Origin: a virus
Taxonomy: Duplodnaviria; Caudoviricetes
DNA: 34,024 nucleotides
IMG/VR virus record: IMGVR_UViG_3300020161_003517
Location: 1-34,024 of that record
Reading direction: 5' to 3' (one strand)
Positions within the stretch are counted from its first letter, which is position 1. Each line of letters starts with the position of its first letter. The position numbers were made by a program, and so were the translations under genes. The notes under the pieces are model-generated. The model searched no databases, had not been told where the DNA came from, and saw nothing but the letters and a program-made list of their open reading frames with translations. Shown piece after piece: positions 1 to 9,855 of this stretch.

Positions 1-1
1 C

Positions 2-136
2 CGTGACATTCGTCAGATGAAGATGAAAGAGCGTTATGACATCGTAATGCTTGGTGACGGTGAGGGTATCACTGTTGCTAAGAACGTTAGACTTGCCCGT
101 AACTACGAAGTACAAGTCACAAACGAGATGGCATAA
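2..136 (+). CDS. Probable major capsid protein, C-terminal fragment (5' end outside window)
   Basis: Frame 2 reads RDIRQMKMKERYDIVMLGDGEGITVAKNVRLARNYEVQVTNEMA*, resembling the 'ERY..+..G..I.VAKN+' C-terminus of large-phage capsid proteins. It is followed by a strong terminator and structural genes. Not in the supplied ORF track. Confidence 0.7.
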   Translation, partial: RDIRQMKMKERYDIVMLGDGEGITVAKNVRLARNYEVQVTNEMA

Positions 137-214
137 TAAAAACCTTAGGATAGATATCGTTGTAGTTACGAAAAAACTATCCGTAATATACAGTGGCAAC
201 ACTGTGGAAGAGTT

Positions 215-246
215 GGGAGTGGCGTCAAGCCACTCCCTTCTTTTTT
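215..246 (+). terminator. Rho-independent terminator
   Basis: GGGAGTGGC-GTCAA-GCCACTCCC perfect 9-bp stem followed by TTCTTTTTT. Confidence 0.85.
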
Positions 247-272
247 GTACTACTTTTTTTAATATGGTACTG

Positions 273-280
273 TTACTATA
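273..280 (+). promoter_or_regulatory. Candidate late promoter motif TTACTATA
   Basis: Same octamer lies in six intergenic regions about 30-47 nt before a start codon; here just after a terminator and before GTG 309. Confidence 0.65.
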
Positions 281-308
281 AGAACATGCCTGCAGACGGG
301 AGAATAAA

Positions 309-1097
309 GTGGCTTTAAATTTAATACAAAACGCCGCTGTTGGTCTTGGTACTGTTTCTATTAAATTTGGAAGAACTATAAAGATATCTTCTATTAAAAA
401 AGAAAATATTATTGTTCAGACAACTTCTGCAACACCAACTGTTTTAAATTCACCGTTTAAGACAATTGATACATTGGCAGATTTTAATTCAATTTCTAGA
501 ACATTAAAGCTTCGTTGGAATGTACAATTAAATCCTGGTACTGAGTACAGTATTAGATTGGTTAATTTCTTTGACGCAGCGAATGAACCAATACCAGAAG
601 AACAGATAGTATTTACCACACTTGCTGGTGGCGCTACTCCAAACTCAAGTACAACAAATGCGTTCAATAGCGTCAATGAACCAGCGTTAATAGAAACACT
701 AATTGAAGATAAGTCAATTAGAGTTGATGCGTTTAGCTCATATCAAATAATAGCAAAGAATCCTAATTTTTATATAAAGTCTACTGATCCAGTTAATGGA
801 GATTTCTATTTAGATAATGATCATTCTAATGGAAGAATAAAAATAGTTTTTAACGAGAGACCAGCGTCAAACTTCCTAAATAATAGTTATTTTAAGGTAC
901 AAAAAAAGAAAGTTCAAAGACAACCATCAAGATGGGAAAATGTACCTACACAGGTAGCTATGCATTCATGGAAGCCTGAAGTATATTTAGATTTCCCCTC
1001 ACAAGATGCAACACCATCTTTCTTTACAGCTGGTAAGGAATATTTTGAAACTGGATATAAATATAGGATTATAGTATCTAAAGAAATTGGCGTTTAA
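309..1097 (+). CDS. Virion structural protein with Ig/fibronectin-like beta-sandwich character (possible head decoration)
   Basis: 262 aa ORF, GGGAG RBS, motifs LNPGTEYSIRL and FETGYKYRIIVS typical of Ig-like domains; directly after the capsid gene. Confidence 0.5.
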   Translation: MALNLIQNAAVGLGTVSIKFGRTIKISSIKKENIIVQTTSATPTVLNSPFKTIDTLADFNSISRTLKLRWNVQLNPGTEYSIRLVNFFDAANEPIPEEQIVFTTLAGGATPNSSTTNAFNSVNEPALIETLIEDKSIRVDAFSSYQIIAKNPNFYIKSTDPVNGDFYLDNDHSNGRIKIVFNERPASNFLNNSYFKVQKKKVQRQPSRWENVPTQVAMHSWKPEVYLDFPSQDATPSFFTAGKEYFETGYKYRIIVSKEIGV

Positions 1098-1511
1098 ATG
1101 TCTAATTTTATTTACGGAAAAGCTAAACAAGCTCTATTAAATGGGCAAATTAACTTTTCAGCAAACAACTATAAACTCCTTTTTGTTAAAAGCTCTTTAT
1201 ACACACCTTCTCAAAATTCTGATGAATTTGTTTCTAACGTTAACGCTAGCTCAATAACATCAAGGAGTGATAATATTTCTGGTATAACAAACATTTTAGG
1301 GGTGCTTGACGCTAATGATGTTACCGTAGATTCATATTCTGGTGGCCCTTTTGAAGCAGTGGTTTTGTATCAAGTAGGATCAACTGATTCAACTTCCAGA
1401 TTGGTTTTTTACATAGATACTGGAATTGGTTTGCCTTATACACTCACTAATCAAAATGTACCAATTACTATAAATTGGAGCAATGCTTTAACTAAAATAA
1501 TGTCCCTGTAG
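1098..1511 (+). CDS. Phage structural hypothetical protein
   Basis: 137 aa ORF abutting the upstream stop (TAAATG), beta-rich composition. Confidence 0.55.
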   Translation: MSNFIYGKAKQALLNGQINFSANNYKLLFVKSSLYTPSQNSDEFVSNVNASSITSRSDNISGITNILGVLDANDVTVDSYSGGPFEAVVLYQVGSTDSTSRLVFYIDTGIGLPYTLTNQNVPITINWSNALTKIMSL

Positions 1512-1520
1512 GAGATATAA

Positions 1521-1859
1521 GTGCCGATACAATATCCAGAATCTTTAGACAATTTCACAAATCCAACTTCTACCGATATGTTGAACTCGACCACTGTTCC
1601 GCACCATACTCAACATTCGAACCTAAACGATGCCGTAGAAGCAATAGAAGCAGAATTAGGCGTTAATCCTAGTAGCACTTTTTCTACAGTAGCTGCAAGA
1701 ATATTCGAAGCAGAACGACAAATCGCTGAACAATCTGTACTAAATGGCCTTACAGATGTTACTATAAGCTCAGTTGCTAGTGGTCAGGTTTTGCGCTATA
1801 ACGGCTCGCAGTGGATTAATTATGCAGAAAGCAATCTAGTCGATGGAGGAAATTTTTAA
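1521..1859 (+). CDS. Small fibre-associated structural protein
   Basis: AGGAG RBS; contains the fibre repeat LTDVTISSVASGQVLRYNGSQWIN and ends in VDGGNF. Confidence 0.6.
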   Translation: MPIQYPESLDNFTNPTSTDMLNSTTVPHHTQHSNLNDAVEAIEAELGVNPSSTFSTVAARIFEAERQIAEQSVLNGLTDVTISSVASGQVLRYNGSQWINYAESNLVDGGNF

Positions 1860-3326
1860 ATGGCTAATATACTAAGAATTAAAAGAAGGTCTTCATCTGG
1901 CGCAGCTGGGGTTGATGGTCTAACCTTACAAAACGCAGAATTAGCGTTTAATGAAGCGGATAACACCCTTTACTACGGAACAGGTACTACTGGAGCCGGA
2001 GGAACCGCCACCAGTATTATAGCGATTGCAGGCTATGGAGCTTATACTACACTCGGAACAAACCAGACTATAACTGGAAATAAAACTTTTTCTGGAGCGG
2101 TAATAGTCCCGACTCCAAGCGCAAATACACACGCAACTACTAAAACATATGTAGATAATTTAATTAGTAACTCAATTATTAATGCATCATTCACAGTTGC
2201 TGCAGATACTGGGTCTAGTCAAACAATCAACACAAGCAACACTCTTACCATATCTGGTGGAGTAGGTTTAACAAGCGTTGCTTCTATTGAAGATACGGTA
2301 ACTCTTAATTTAGATAACACCGCAGTTACAGCAGGATCATATGGATCAACAACAAAAATACCTACATTTACAGTAGATGCACAAGGTCGTTTAACCGCTG
2401 CGTCTGAAGCAAACGTTGCAACCGTTCTTTCTATAGCAGGTGGAACTGGAACTGATACAGTAGATCTTTTAAGTGATACTTTGACATTTACTGGCGGTAC
2501 TGGTGTAGCTACATCCGTGTCAAACAACGCAGTAACAATATCAATAGGCCAAACCGTAGCTACAAACAGTGGCGTAACTTTTGCTAGTGTTACTACAACC
2601 GGGAATGCATCAGTTGGTGGAAACCTTACAGTATCTGGAAACCTAACAGTAGATGGGTCATTAACATCAATAAATTCAACAACTCTTACTGTAGACGATA
2701 AAAATATTGAACTGGCAAGCACCGCTTCGCCAAGTGACGTTACTGCAGATGGTGCAGGAATCACAGTAAAAGGAACTACAGACAAGACTTTTAACTGGGT
2801 AGACGCAACAGATGCTTGGACTTCTTCTGAAAATTTAAATATAGCTACAGGAAAAGTATTTCAAGTTAATGGAGTAAGTGTTCTTTCGGCAACAGGCTTA
2901 GGAAGCTCTGTGGTATCTTCCTCGCTTACAAGCGTTGGAACAATTGTCACAGGAGTATGGAATGGTTCTACAATAGCAATAGCTAACGGTGGAACTGGTT
3001 CAACAACTGCTTCAGACGCACGCACTGCTCTTGGTCTAGCTATTGGGACAGACGTACAAGCTTATGATGTAGAGCTAGCAGCATTATCCGGTTTAACATC
3101 AGCTGCAGATAAGCTTCCTTATTTTACTGGTTCTGGCACAGCTTCATTGGCCACGCTTACTACATTTGGAAGAAGCTTAATAGACGATGCCGATGCAGCA
3201 ACAAGCCGTACAACATTAGGACTTGGCACAATAGCAGTACAAAATGCAAACAATGTCACTATAACTGGAGGCGCTGTTTCTAATATCACTATTGATAATG
3301 TCACTATCGACGGTGGAACATTCTAA
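1860..3326 (+). CDS. Fibre-like virion protein
   Basis: 488 aa, T/G/S/A-rich; N-terminal LRIKRR...AELAFNEADNTLYYG module, VDAQGRLTAA motif, C-terminal IDGGTF. Confidence 0.75.
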   Translation: MANILRIKRRSSSGAAGVDGLTLQNAELAFNEADNTLYYGTGTTGAGGTATSIIAIAGYGAYTTLGTNQTITGNKTFSGAVIVPTPSANTHATTKTYVDNLISNSIINASFTVAADTGSSQTINTSNTLTISGGVGLTSVASIEDTVTLNLDNTAVTAGSYGSTTKIPTFTVDAQGRLTAASEANVATVLSIAGGTGTDTVDLLSDTLTFTGGTGVATSVSNNAVTISIGQTVATNSGVTFASVTTTGNASVGGNLTVSGNLTVDGSLTSINSTTLTVDDKNIELASTASPSDVTADGAGITVKGTTDKTFNWVDATDAWTSSENLNIATGKVFQVNGVSVLSATGLGSSVVSSSLTSVGTIVTGVWNGSTIAIANGGTGSTTASDARTALGLAIGTDVQAYDVELAALSGLTSAADKLPYFTGSGTASLATLTTFGRSLIDDADAATSRTTLGLGTIAVQNANNVTITGGAVSNITIDNVTIDGGTF

Positions 3327-3348
3327 ATAAATCTTGAAAGAGGACTAA

Positions 3349-6300
3349 ATGACTACACCTTCAATAACGCAAGGCCAATTTGCTATTGATCCAAGTACTG
3401 GAGTTTTATATTATAAAAACGCAGTAGGCACATTAGTACAATCATCACTCTCTTGGCAGCACGTAAGCAATACCGCTATATCGACAGATGATAGCATTAC
3501 AGTTTCTGGAAGCATGGTTATTGCCGGCAACTTGACAGTTAATGGGACAACAGTCACGCTTAATACAGAAACTACAGTTATAGAAGATAATATAATTCTA
3601 TTAAATTCTGGAGTTACAACAAGTCCTACATTGAATGCTGGTATTGAAGTCGAACGTGGAACTTCGGATAATGTTTCTATTATCTGGGATGAAAGTACCG
3701 ATAGATGGACATTTACAAACGATGGGACTACTTACCACAACTTCTTATTAACAACTGCAAACATTACAGGCACCTCTGCTGCGTGGGCTACCGCAAGGAC
3801 TATAACATTAGCTGGAGATTTATCAGGTAGCGTTTCATTAGATGGAACTTCTAACGTAACGCTTTCTGCAACATTGCAAGCAGCAGCAGTCGCCAATAAA
3901 GCTAACGTAGCTTCTCCAACTTTTACCGGAACAGTCACGATCCCTGCTGGAGCAGTTATCTCTGGCTATGCAACACTGGCAAACCCAACTTTTACTGGAA
4001 CAGTTGCAGGCGTAACAAAATCTATGGTTGGTTTAGGTGACGTCGACAATACAACAGACGCAGCCAAGCCAGTTTCTACCGCTCAACAAACAGCCCTTAA
4101 TCTTAAGGCTAATATAGCCAATCCAACCTTCACTGGTACAGTCGCTGGTATCACAAAATCCATGGTTGGCCTAGGCGACGTTGATAACACAGCAGATGCA
4201 GGAAAACCAGTTTCTACAGCACAACAAACTGCTCTTGATCTTAAATCTAATATAGCCTCTCCAACATTCACTGGTACTGTCACTATCCCAGCTGGGGCAT
4301 CTATTTCCGGATTTGCTACATTAGCAAGCCCAGCATTAACAGGCGTACCAACCGCACCTACAGCAGCTGCAAATACTAATACTACACAAATAGCAACTAC
4401 AGCTTTTGTTCAGTCTGAATTAACTGAGCTTTTAGGCGGAGCAACCGCTGCCTTTGATACACTCAAAGAATTAGAAGATGCACTTACTAGCGGTGGGTCA
4501 ACTATAACTAACCTAATATCTGAAGTTACATTGAAAGCTCCAAAAAGCAGTCCTACATTTACTGGTACCGTAACGATTCCAACATTGTTAGTTGATGGAA
4601 TAGAAGTTGATACAACAGGAGCAACTGTTGGTCAAGTTCTGAAATATGATGGCACTAAGTTTGTTCCATCACAAGATAACGTTGCTAGCGCTGGTGCATT
4701 AACTCTATCAGATCTTTCAAACGTATTAATTACAAGCGTTCAAGATGGTTCTGTTCTTTCTTATAGCAGTGCTAGTTCAAAATGGGTAAACGCTCCATTG
4801 AGTCTAGGATTAGATGGACTATCTGATGTTTCTGTTACTTCAGTTGCTAATAAAGAAGTTATTATTTATGATGCTGGTAGCAGTGTATTTAGAAATGCAA
4901 GAATAGGCATATCAGATATAGTAAGTTTTAATATAACAAGCCTTGCTAACAATGATCACCTGAGATGGGATTCAGCCACAGATAAATGGGTTAATGTTCC
5001 AGTAGACGGCATGATGACATTTAACCAACTCAGCGATGTAACTACAACAAGCGTAGCAAGTGATCAATTCGTAAAATGGAATGGCACTGCTTGGGTTAAC
5101 TCTACAGTTTCACCAGTTATAACTCTTGCAGGAGATTTAACCGGCTCAGTAACATTAACCGATCTTGCTAGTGGAACTCTTACAGCAACAATAGCTGCGA
5201 ACTCAGTTAGCTTGGGAACTGACACAACTGGTGATTACGTAGCAACGATCACTGGCGGTACTGGGGTTACATCAACAGCTTCTACTACCGGAGAAGGTAC
5301 AACTCACACTTTGTCTATTGGGCAAGAAGTTGGAACAAACGCAAATGTTAGCTTTAATAATGTTAGTGCTGCAGGCGATATTTTCTTAGGTTCAAACGCA
5401 GCAACCTTTGCTTCTACGTTAACAAATCCAACCCTAGTAGTTCAAGCCAATCATACTGACTATTCTCAGCTAGCATTTAGAAATACCGGCACAAGTCCAG
5501 ATTCTTCTACTGACATTATAGCTTATTGCGATACTGGCACAGATGCAAGCGGTTGGATAGACATGGGAGTAACCTCAGCTAACTTCTCTGATCCATCATT
5601 CACTATCACTGGTGCTCATGATGGTTACATATTCTATGAAGCTAAAGCAAATACAACAGGTAGCGGTAATCTAGTCTTTGCAACAGGGGCCAATGGAACT
5701 GATAACCATATAGTTTTTGCTGCTGGTGGATTATCTTCTGACAATACTCAGATGACAATATTCCCAGACGTAAACGTTCATATAGAAATACCAACCCCTT
5801 CGACAAGCCCATCAACTGGAGCACTTACTGTTGTAGGTGGAGTTGGTATCCAAGGAAACTTAAATATTGCAGGAAACGTTAACATACAAGGAACAATAGC
5901 CTTTGGTGGTGGTGGTACAACCGTAGAAACGGCAAACCTTTCAGTAACCGATCCTTTTATCTTTCTTGCTAATGCAAATACTAGCGACATACTTGACTCT
6001 GGTTTTGTTACAGCTTACAAGAATAGTGATGCTACACCAAGCACTAGGTACAGTGGTGTCGTCAGAGATGCATCAGACGGTGTGTTTAAGTTCTTTACAT
6101 CTGCAACAACAAAACCATCTTCAACAGTAAACTTCTCTGAAGCAGGATTAGCTTATGCTTCCGTAAGGGCACATAACGTAACCGCTGAGTCTTTAACTTC
6201 AAACAGCGGTATAACGTTAGCTTCAGGTAATGCAGTAACAATTGGTTCAACGCAAGTTTTAACGGCGAACACTTATGTTGGTCAAGCAGCTTCTGTTGTC

Positions 6301-6684
6301 AATGGAATTTACACTACCGACACTGCTACAGTCACTCCAACTATGTTGGCCACAGGTCCGGCTAGAGCTGGATTTAGGTCTGAAATAAATGCTCAAACTG
6401 GAACTTCATATACTTTAGTTCTTGGGGATTTAGCAAAATTGATCACTATGGATAATAGCAGCCCTATGACTTTAACTGTACCAGAAAATGCTTCTGTTGC
6501 GTTTGCTGTAGGTGACAAGATTGACATTCTCAGAAAGGGTGCAGGTACTTTAACTATTGCAGGTACCGGTTCAGCTTCAGTTAATGCAACTCCAGGTTTG
6601 AAGTTGCGCGCACAGTGGTCGTCTGCTACACTTGTAAAGTTAGCAACAAATACTTGGGTACTTATAGGAGACTTGGCAGCATAA
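3349..6684 (+). CDS. Long fibre protein A
   Basis: 1111 aa, GAGGA RBS; repeated SPTFTGTV / KSMVGLGDVDNT / KPVSTAQQTAL units, LSDV...W.N repeats, C-terminal domain ending TWVLIGDLAA. Confidence 0.8.
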   Translation: MTTPSITQGQFAIDPSTGVLYYKNAVGTLVQSSLSWQHVSNTAISTDDSITVSGSMVIAGNLTVNGTTVTLNTETTVIEDNIILLNSGVTTSPTLNAGIEVERGTSDNVSIIWDESTDRWTFTNDGTTYHNFLLTTANITGTSAAWATARTITLAGDLSGSVSLDGTSNVTLSATLQAAAVANKANVASPTFTGTVTIPAGAVISGYATLANPTFTGTVAGVTKSMVGLGDVDNTTDAAKPVSTAQQTALNLKANIANPTFTGTVAGITKSMVGLGDVDNTADAGKPVSTAQQTALDLKSNIASPTFTGTVTIPAGASISGFATLASPALTGVPTAPTAAANTNTTQIATTAFVQSELTELLGGATAAFDTLKELEDALTSGGSTITNLISEVTLKAPKSSPTFTGTVTIPTLLVDGIEVDTTGATVGQVLKYDGTKFVPSQDNVASAGALTLSDLSNVLITSVQDGSVLSYSSASSKWVNAPLSLGLDGLSDVSVTSVANKEVIIYDAGSSVFRNARIGISDIVSFNITSLANNDHLRWDSATDKWVNVPVDGMMTFNQLSDVTTTSVASDQFVKWNGTAWVNSTVSPVITLAGDLTGSVTLTDLASGTLTATIAANSVSLGTDTTGDYVATITGGTGVTSTASTTGEGTTHTLSIGQEVGTNANVSFNNVSAAGDIFLGSNAATFASTLTNPTLVVQANHTDYSQLAFRNTGTSPDSSTDIIAYCDTGTDASGWIDMGVTSANFSDPSFTITGAHDGYIFYEAKANTTGSGNLVFATGANGTDNHIVFAAGGLSSDNTQMTIFPDVNVHIEIPTPSTSPSTGALTVVGGVGIQGNLNIAGNVNIQGTIAFGGGGTTVETANLSVTDPFIFLANANTSDILDSGFVTAYKNSDATPSTRYSGVVRDASDGVFKFFTSATTKPSSTVNFSEAGLAYASVRAHNVTAESLTSNSGITLASGNAVTIGSTQVLTANTYVGQAASVVNGIYTTDTATVTPTMLATGPARAGFRSEINAQTGTSYTLVLGDLAKLITMDNSSPMTLTVPENASVAFAVGDKIDILRKGAGTLTIAGTGSASVNATPGLKLRAQWSSATLVKLATNTWVLIGDLAA

Positions 6685-6685
6685 T

Positions 6686-7109
6686 ATGGCAACAGGTGAC
6701 AAATCAGGAACAAGAAAAAAAGCAGTCCCGACCGTAACTGGACGGAAAAGACAGCGCTGCTAATACAGCTATTACAACAGCTGGTTTTCGTGTTGGAACA
6801 ATCACCAATGTTTCTACTGATGTATCAGGAGAGCTTGGTGACGTAACAGTCCAAACTCCAGCAGCAGGTGCTTTGACACCGATGGATACGAATATAGATT
6901 ATACTAGGAAGAGCCCATTCTTCCCACCGTATTTTCCTCCTTACTTCCCGCCGTACTTCCCACCGTATTTTCCGCCTTTCTTTCCGCCTTTCTTCCCACC
7001 TTTCTTCCCACCATTCTTCCCGCCATTCTTCCCGCCATTCTTCCCGCCGTTCTTCCCACCATTTTTCCCACCGTTCTTTCCACCATTCTTCCCTCCATTC
7101 TTTAAGTAA
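6686..7109 (+). CDS. PASTA-domain protein with (PP[FY]F)n tail, copy 1; needs +1 frameshift at CGG-A 6743-6746 (about 140 aa)
   Basis: ATG 6686 lies 1 nt after the fibre stop and reads MATGDKSGTRKKAVPTVTG. After CGGA the +1 frame reads KDSAANTAITTAGFRVGTITNVSTDVSGELGDVTVQTPAAGALTPMDTNIDYTRKSPFF(PPxF)15K. The joined sequence fits the PASTA pattern VP.V.G-x13-G[FL]...G.V..Q.P..G. Confidence 0.8.
6915..7103 (+). repeat. 12-bp coding tandem repeat: PFF + 4x PPYF + 11x PPFF
   Basis: Units CCN-CCN-T(A/T)Y-TTY, varying at synonymous positions. Confidence 0.95.
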
Positions 7110-7124
7110 AGGAAAAACCATATT

Positions 7125-8430
7125 ATGGTTAATATCCTAAAAGTAAAAAGGTCTGGACAGGTAGCCCAAACACCATCTTCCTTAGAGGATGGCGAATTAG
7201 CGATCAACTATGCTGATGGGAAGCTTTTCTATAAGAACTCTTCAAATTCGATAGTACGGAGCAGCATTAATATCTTCGATTGTTGGTACAACAAGCCAGA
7301 TCACCGTTAGCTCTACAAGCGGAGCATATACCCTATCGCTTCCGTCAACAATAAATGTTTCGCAAGTACAAGCAAGTACTCTTTTAGTTGACTCGGTAGA
7401 AATAGACCCTTCTGGGGCATCCACGAACCAAGTACTTAAGTTTAATGGAACAAAATTTATACCTGGTATTGTGTCTATTTACGAAAATACAGGAGCATCT
7501 TATACTGAAGTATTTGGTGATAGTATAAATAGCTCTTATTTAATTACGCACAATCTAGGCACAAGAGAAGTATTGGTTATTGTACAAAACGTAAATAACT
7601 ACGAAAACGTTGTAGTAAACTGGAACGCAACTACATTAAATGCAATAACTTTAGACTTGTCTCAAGTAGTAGACCTTAACTCAAAAAAAGTCATAGTCCT
7701 TTCAGCTGGTACAGGGTTTAAACATACTCAAATTATAGGCGATGGTACCTCTACAGAAATCCCTGTAAGCCATCTATTAGGCTCACAGGAAGCTTATGCG
7801 GTAGTTAGGAGTACAACTGCCCCATACGAAATTATAGAATGCAGGTTTGAGCCTAGGTCAAAGAAGCATGGTGTTTTATTCTTCTCGTCTCCTCCAGCAG
7901 TGGATTCTTTATCAGTTTCAGTTTTTGTGCCTTTGCAAGGCTTTGCATATTCTGTTAATGTTGGAAACAACGTATCAAATTCTTTTAATATTACTCATAA
8001 TTTAAATACAAAAAATATAAATATAGTCTGTAGAGATACAGAATATCCTTACGCTTATTCTGAAATACAATGGGAAGCGAATTCCGACAACACGGCTGTA
8101 GTAAGGTTTTCAGCTGCTCCAGGAGTTTTATCTAAAAGAATAACAGTATTTAGCTCAATAGGCTCAAAGTATGATCTTGGTAATTTATCTGAATTAAATG
8201 ATATTACATTAACTAGCATACAAAATAACGAAACATTAGTTTATAATGGTTCTTCTTGGGTCAACAGGCAGAGAATAAGCACCGTTATACCATCGAGCAT
8301 TTATGGCCAAGCAGGGGATAAAAAGGGAGACATATCTATCGATGCTACCCACCTGTATATATGCTATAGTGATTATATAAACAATAGCACACGTGTGTGG
8401 AGAAGAGTGCAATTAGATTCTTCTTGGTAG
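7125..8430 (+). CDS. Fibre-like virion protein; needs +1 frameshift at CGG-A 7257-7260 (about 434 aa, joins track ORFs 7125 and 7471)
   Basis: N-terminus MVNILKVKRS...GELAINYADGKLFYK parallels ORF 1860. The +1 frame is open from 7258 and contains TLLVDSVEIDPSGASTNQVLKFNGTKFIP, matching TLLVDGIEVDTTGATVGQVLKYDGTKFVP in fibre A, upstream of the track's GTG 7471. Three ITHNL-type repeats follow. Confidence 0.8.
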
Positions 8431-8456
8431 TTGCTATTCTACTTTAAAGGTTTTGC

Positions 8457-9830
8457 ATGTACCAGTTGAGCGTTTTAGATTATGTTTTTTTGCTACAACA
8501 ACACAAGAATAGTCTATGGATAAATACATTTACGCTCATGGAAAATAAAGGCAAAGAGTGTCTGATTCCATATATAAAAAAAAATATAGAAAGAAACATC
8601 TCTAATTCCATAATTCATTCTCACAAGCTAGTAAAAGGTTTTTCGCAAAAAGAATATCCATATTTAACAAAAGACGAAAACTTAGATATAGATAATCATA
8701 TTAGTTCTTATAATTTAGATGGATTATTAACAGAAAAAGAAAAAAAAGATCTTTTAAAAACAATATATAATAAAAAATTTAATACAAAAATTCCACTTTG
8801 GGAAGTAGTTTTAATATATAATTTTGATGAACATGGAAACACTGCTTTAATAAGAAGGATTCCGCACGCCATAGCAGATGGTGAAGCGAATGCTGCGGCA
8901 TTTAATATGTTTTTTGATGAGTGCACGCTTCCTTATGTGAAGTTAAGATATAACAAAATAAATTTATTTAATTGTAAGTTATCAAATATGCAAAAACTTA
9001 TAAAGTACTATTGGTTTTTTGTGTTTGGGTTTTTATTAAAAACAAATGATGTTAATAACATCATAAATAAAAGCGACGATGTACAACAAAGCGAATGGAT
9101 TGACCCAAAAGATACAAAAAAAAGTTATACAAAAATAGAGTTTCAGTATAGTAAAGTTGAAGAAACGATAAAAAAACTAGGGGTTTCTTTTACTGACTTT
9201 TGCGCTTATGTAACATCTACTGGTTATATAAATTATCAACTTTCTAAAAATAAAACAATAAACAAAAAAATATATGGTTCAATTCCTATTAGCTATAGAA
9301 AAAGAAAAAGCAAAAAACCATTGCATGGAACGCAAGCTGTTGGAGTTATCTTTGATTTAAACTCAGAAGAACTAGATAACATAACAAGATTATATAAAAT
9401 TAAAGATTCAATAAAACAAAATCTTATTTTAATAAAAAAATCTCCTATACTTTATTATCACAAAGCTTTTTTAAACTATCCTTTTAAACACAAGATACAT
9501 AAATCAATAGCAATGCTGTATAACACAGATTGGAATAATCGTAAAAAGATACCTTTATACAATAAAGAAGGGTTTTCTGTTGCTACTTCTGTTTCTGTAA
9601 AAAAACTTACTTTTTCACATTTTGACTATTCTATAAATAATAATAATATTATAGAAACTAACACTTTTCCAACTATAGTCCATTCAGATACAAGTATAGG
9701 ATTTAATACGATGTTTAGGGTAGATAAAGAAAAGTTAATACTTTCCGTATGTTCGGTTGATGGCATAATACAAGACAGTGAGATCTTACTGGGTATGCTT
9801 GAAAAAGCCGTTTATGATTTAGTTAATTAA
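8457..9830 (+). CDS. Wax ester synthase/diacylglycerol acyltransferase (WS/DGAT)-like acyltransferase
   Basis: N-terminal LSVLDYVFL, PLWEVVLI, and RIPHAIADG resembling the HHxxxDG catalytic motif; typical length (457 aa). Confidence 0.65.
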   Translation: MYQLSVLDYVFLLQQHKNSLWINTFTLMENKGKECLIPYIKKNIERNISNSIIHSHKLVKGFSQKEYPYLTKDENLDIDNHISSYNLDGLLTEKEKKDLLKTIYNKKFNTKIPLWEVVLIYNFDEHGNTALIRRIPHAIADGEANAAAFNMFFDECTLPYVKLRYNKINLFNCKLSNMQKLIKYYWFFVFGFLLKTNDVNNIINKSDDVQQSEWIDPKDTKKSYTKIEFQYSKVEETIKKLGVSFTDFCAYVTSTGYINYQLSKNKTINKKIYGSIPISYRKRKSKKPLHGTQAVGVIFDLNSEELDNITRLYKIKDSIKQNLILIKKSPILYYHKAFLNYPFKHKIHKSIAMLYNTDWNNRKKIPLYNKEGFSVATSVSVKKLTFSHFDYSINNNNIIETNTFPTIVHSDTSIGFNTMFRVDKEKLILSVCSVDGIIQDSEILLGMLEKAVYDLVN

Positions 9831-9839
9831 GAAAAGATA

Positions 9840-9848
9840 TGGTATAAT
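9840..9848 (+). promoter_or_regulatory. Extended -10 host-type promoter (TGGTATAAT), probably leaderless
   Basis: Perfect TGnTATAAT 7 nt before ATG 9856, with no Shine-Dalgarno between. Confidence 0.6.
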
Positions 9849-9855
9849 AAAAATT

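Noticed and set aside
51-281. 76 aa track ORF
   Set aside because: Overlaps the capsid C-terminus in another frame and runs through the terminator.
6915-7103. Tandem repeats as a CRISPR array or DGR template/variable pair
   Set aside because: Contiguous 12-bp coding units with no spacers; no cas or reverse transcriptase gene in the window, and differences are not adenine-specific.
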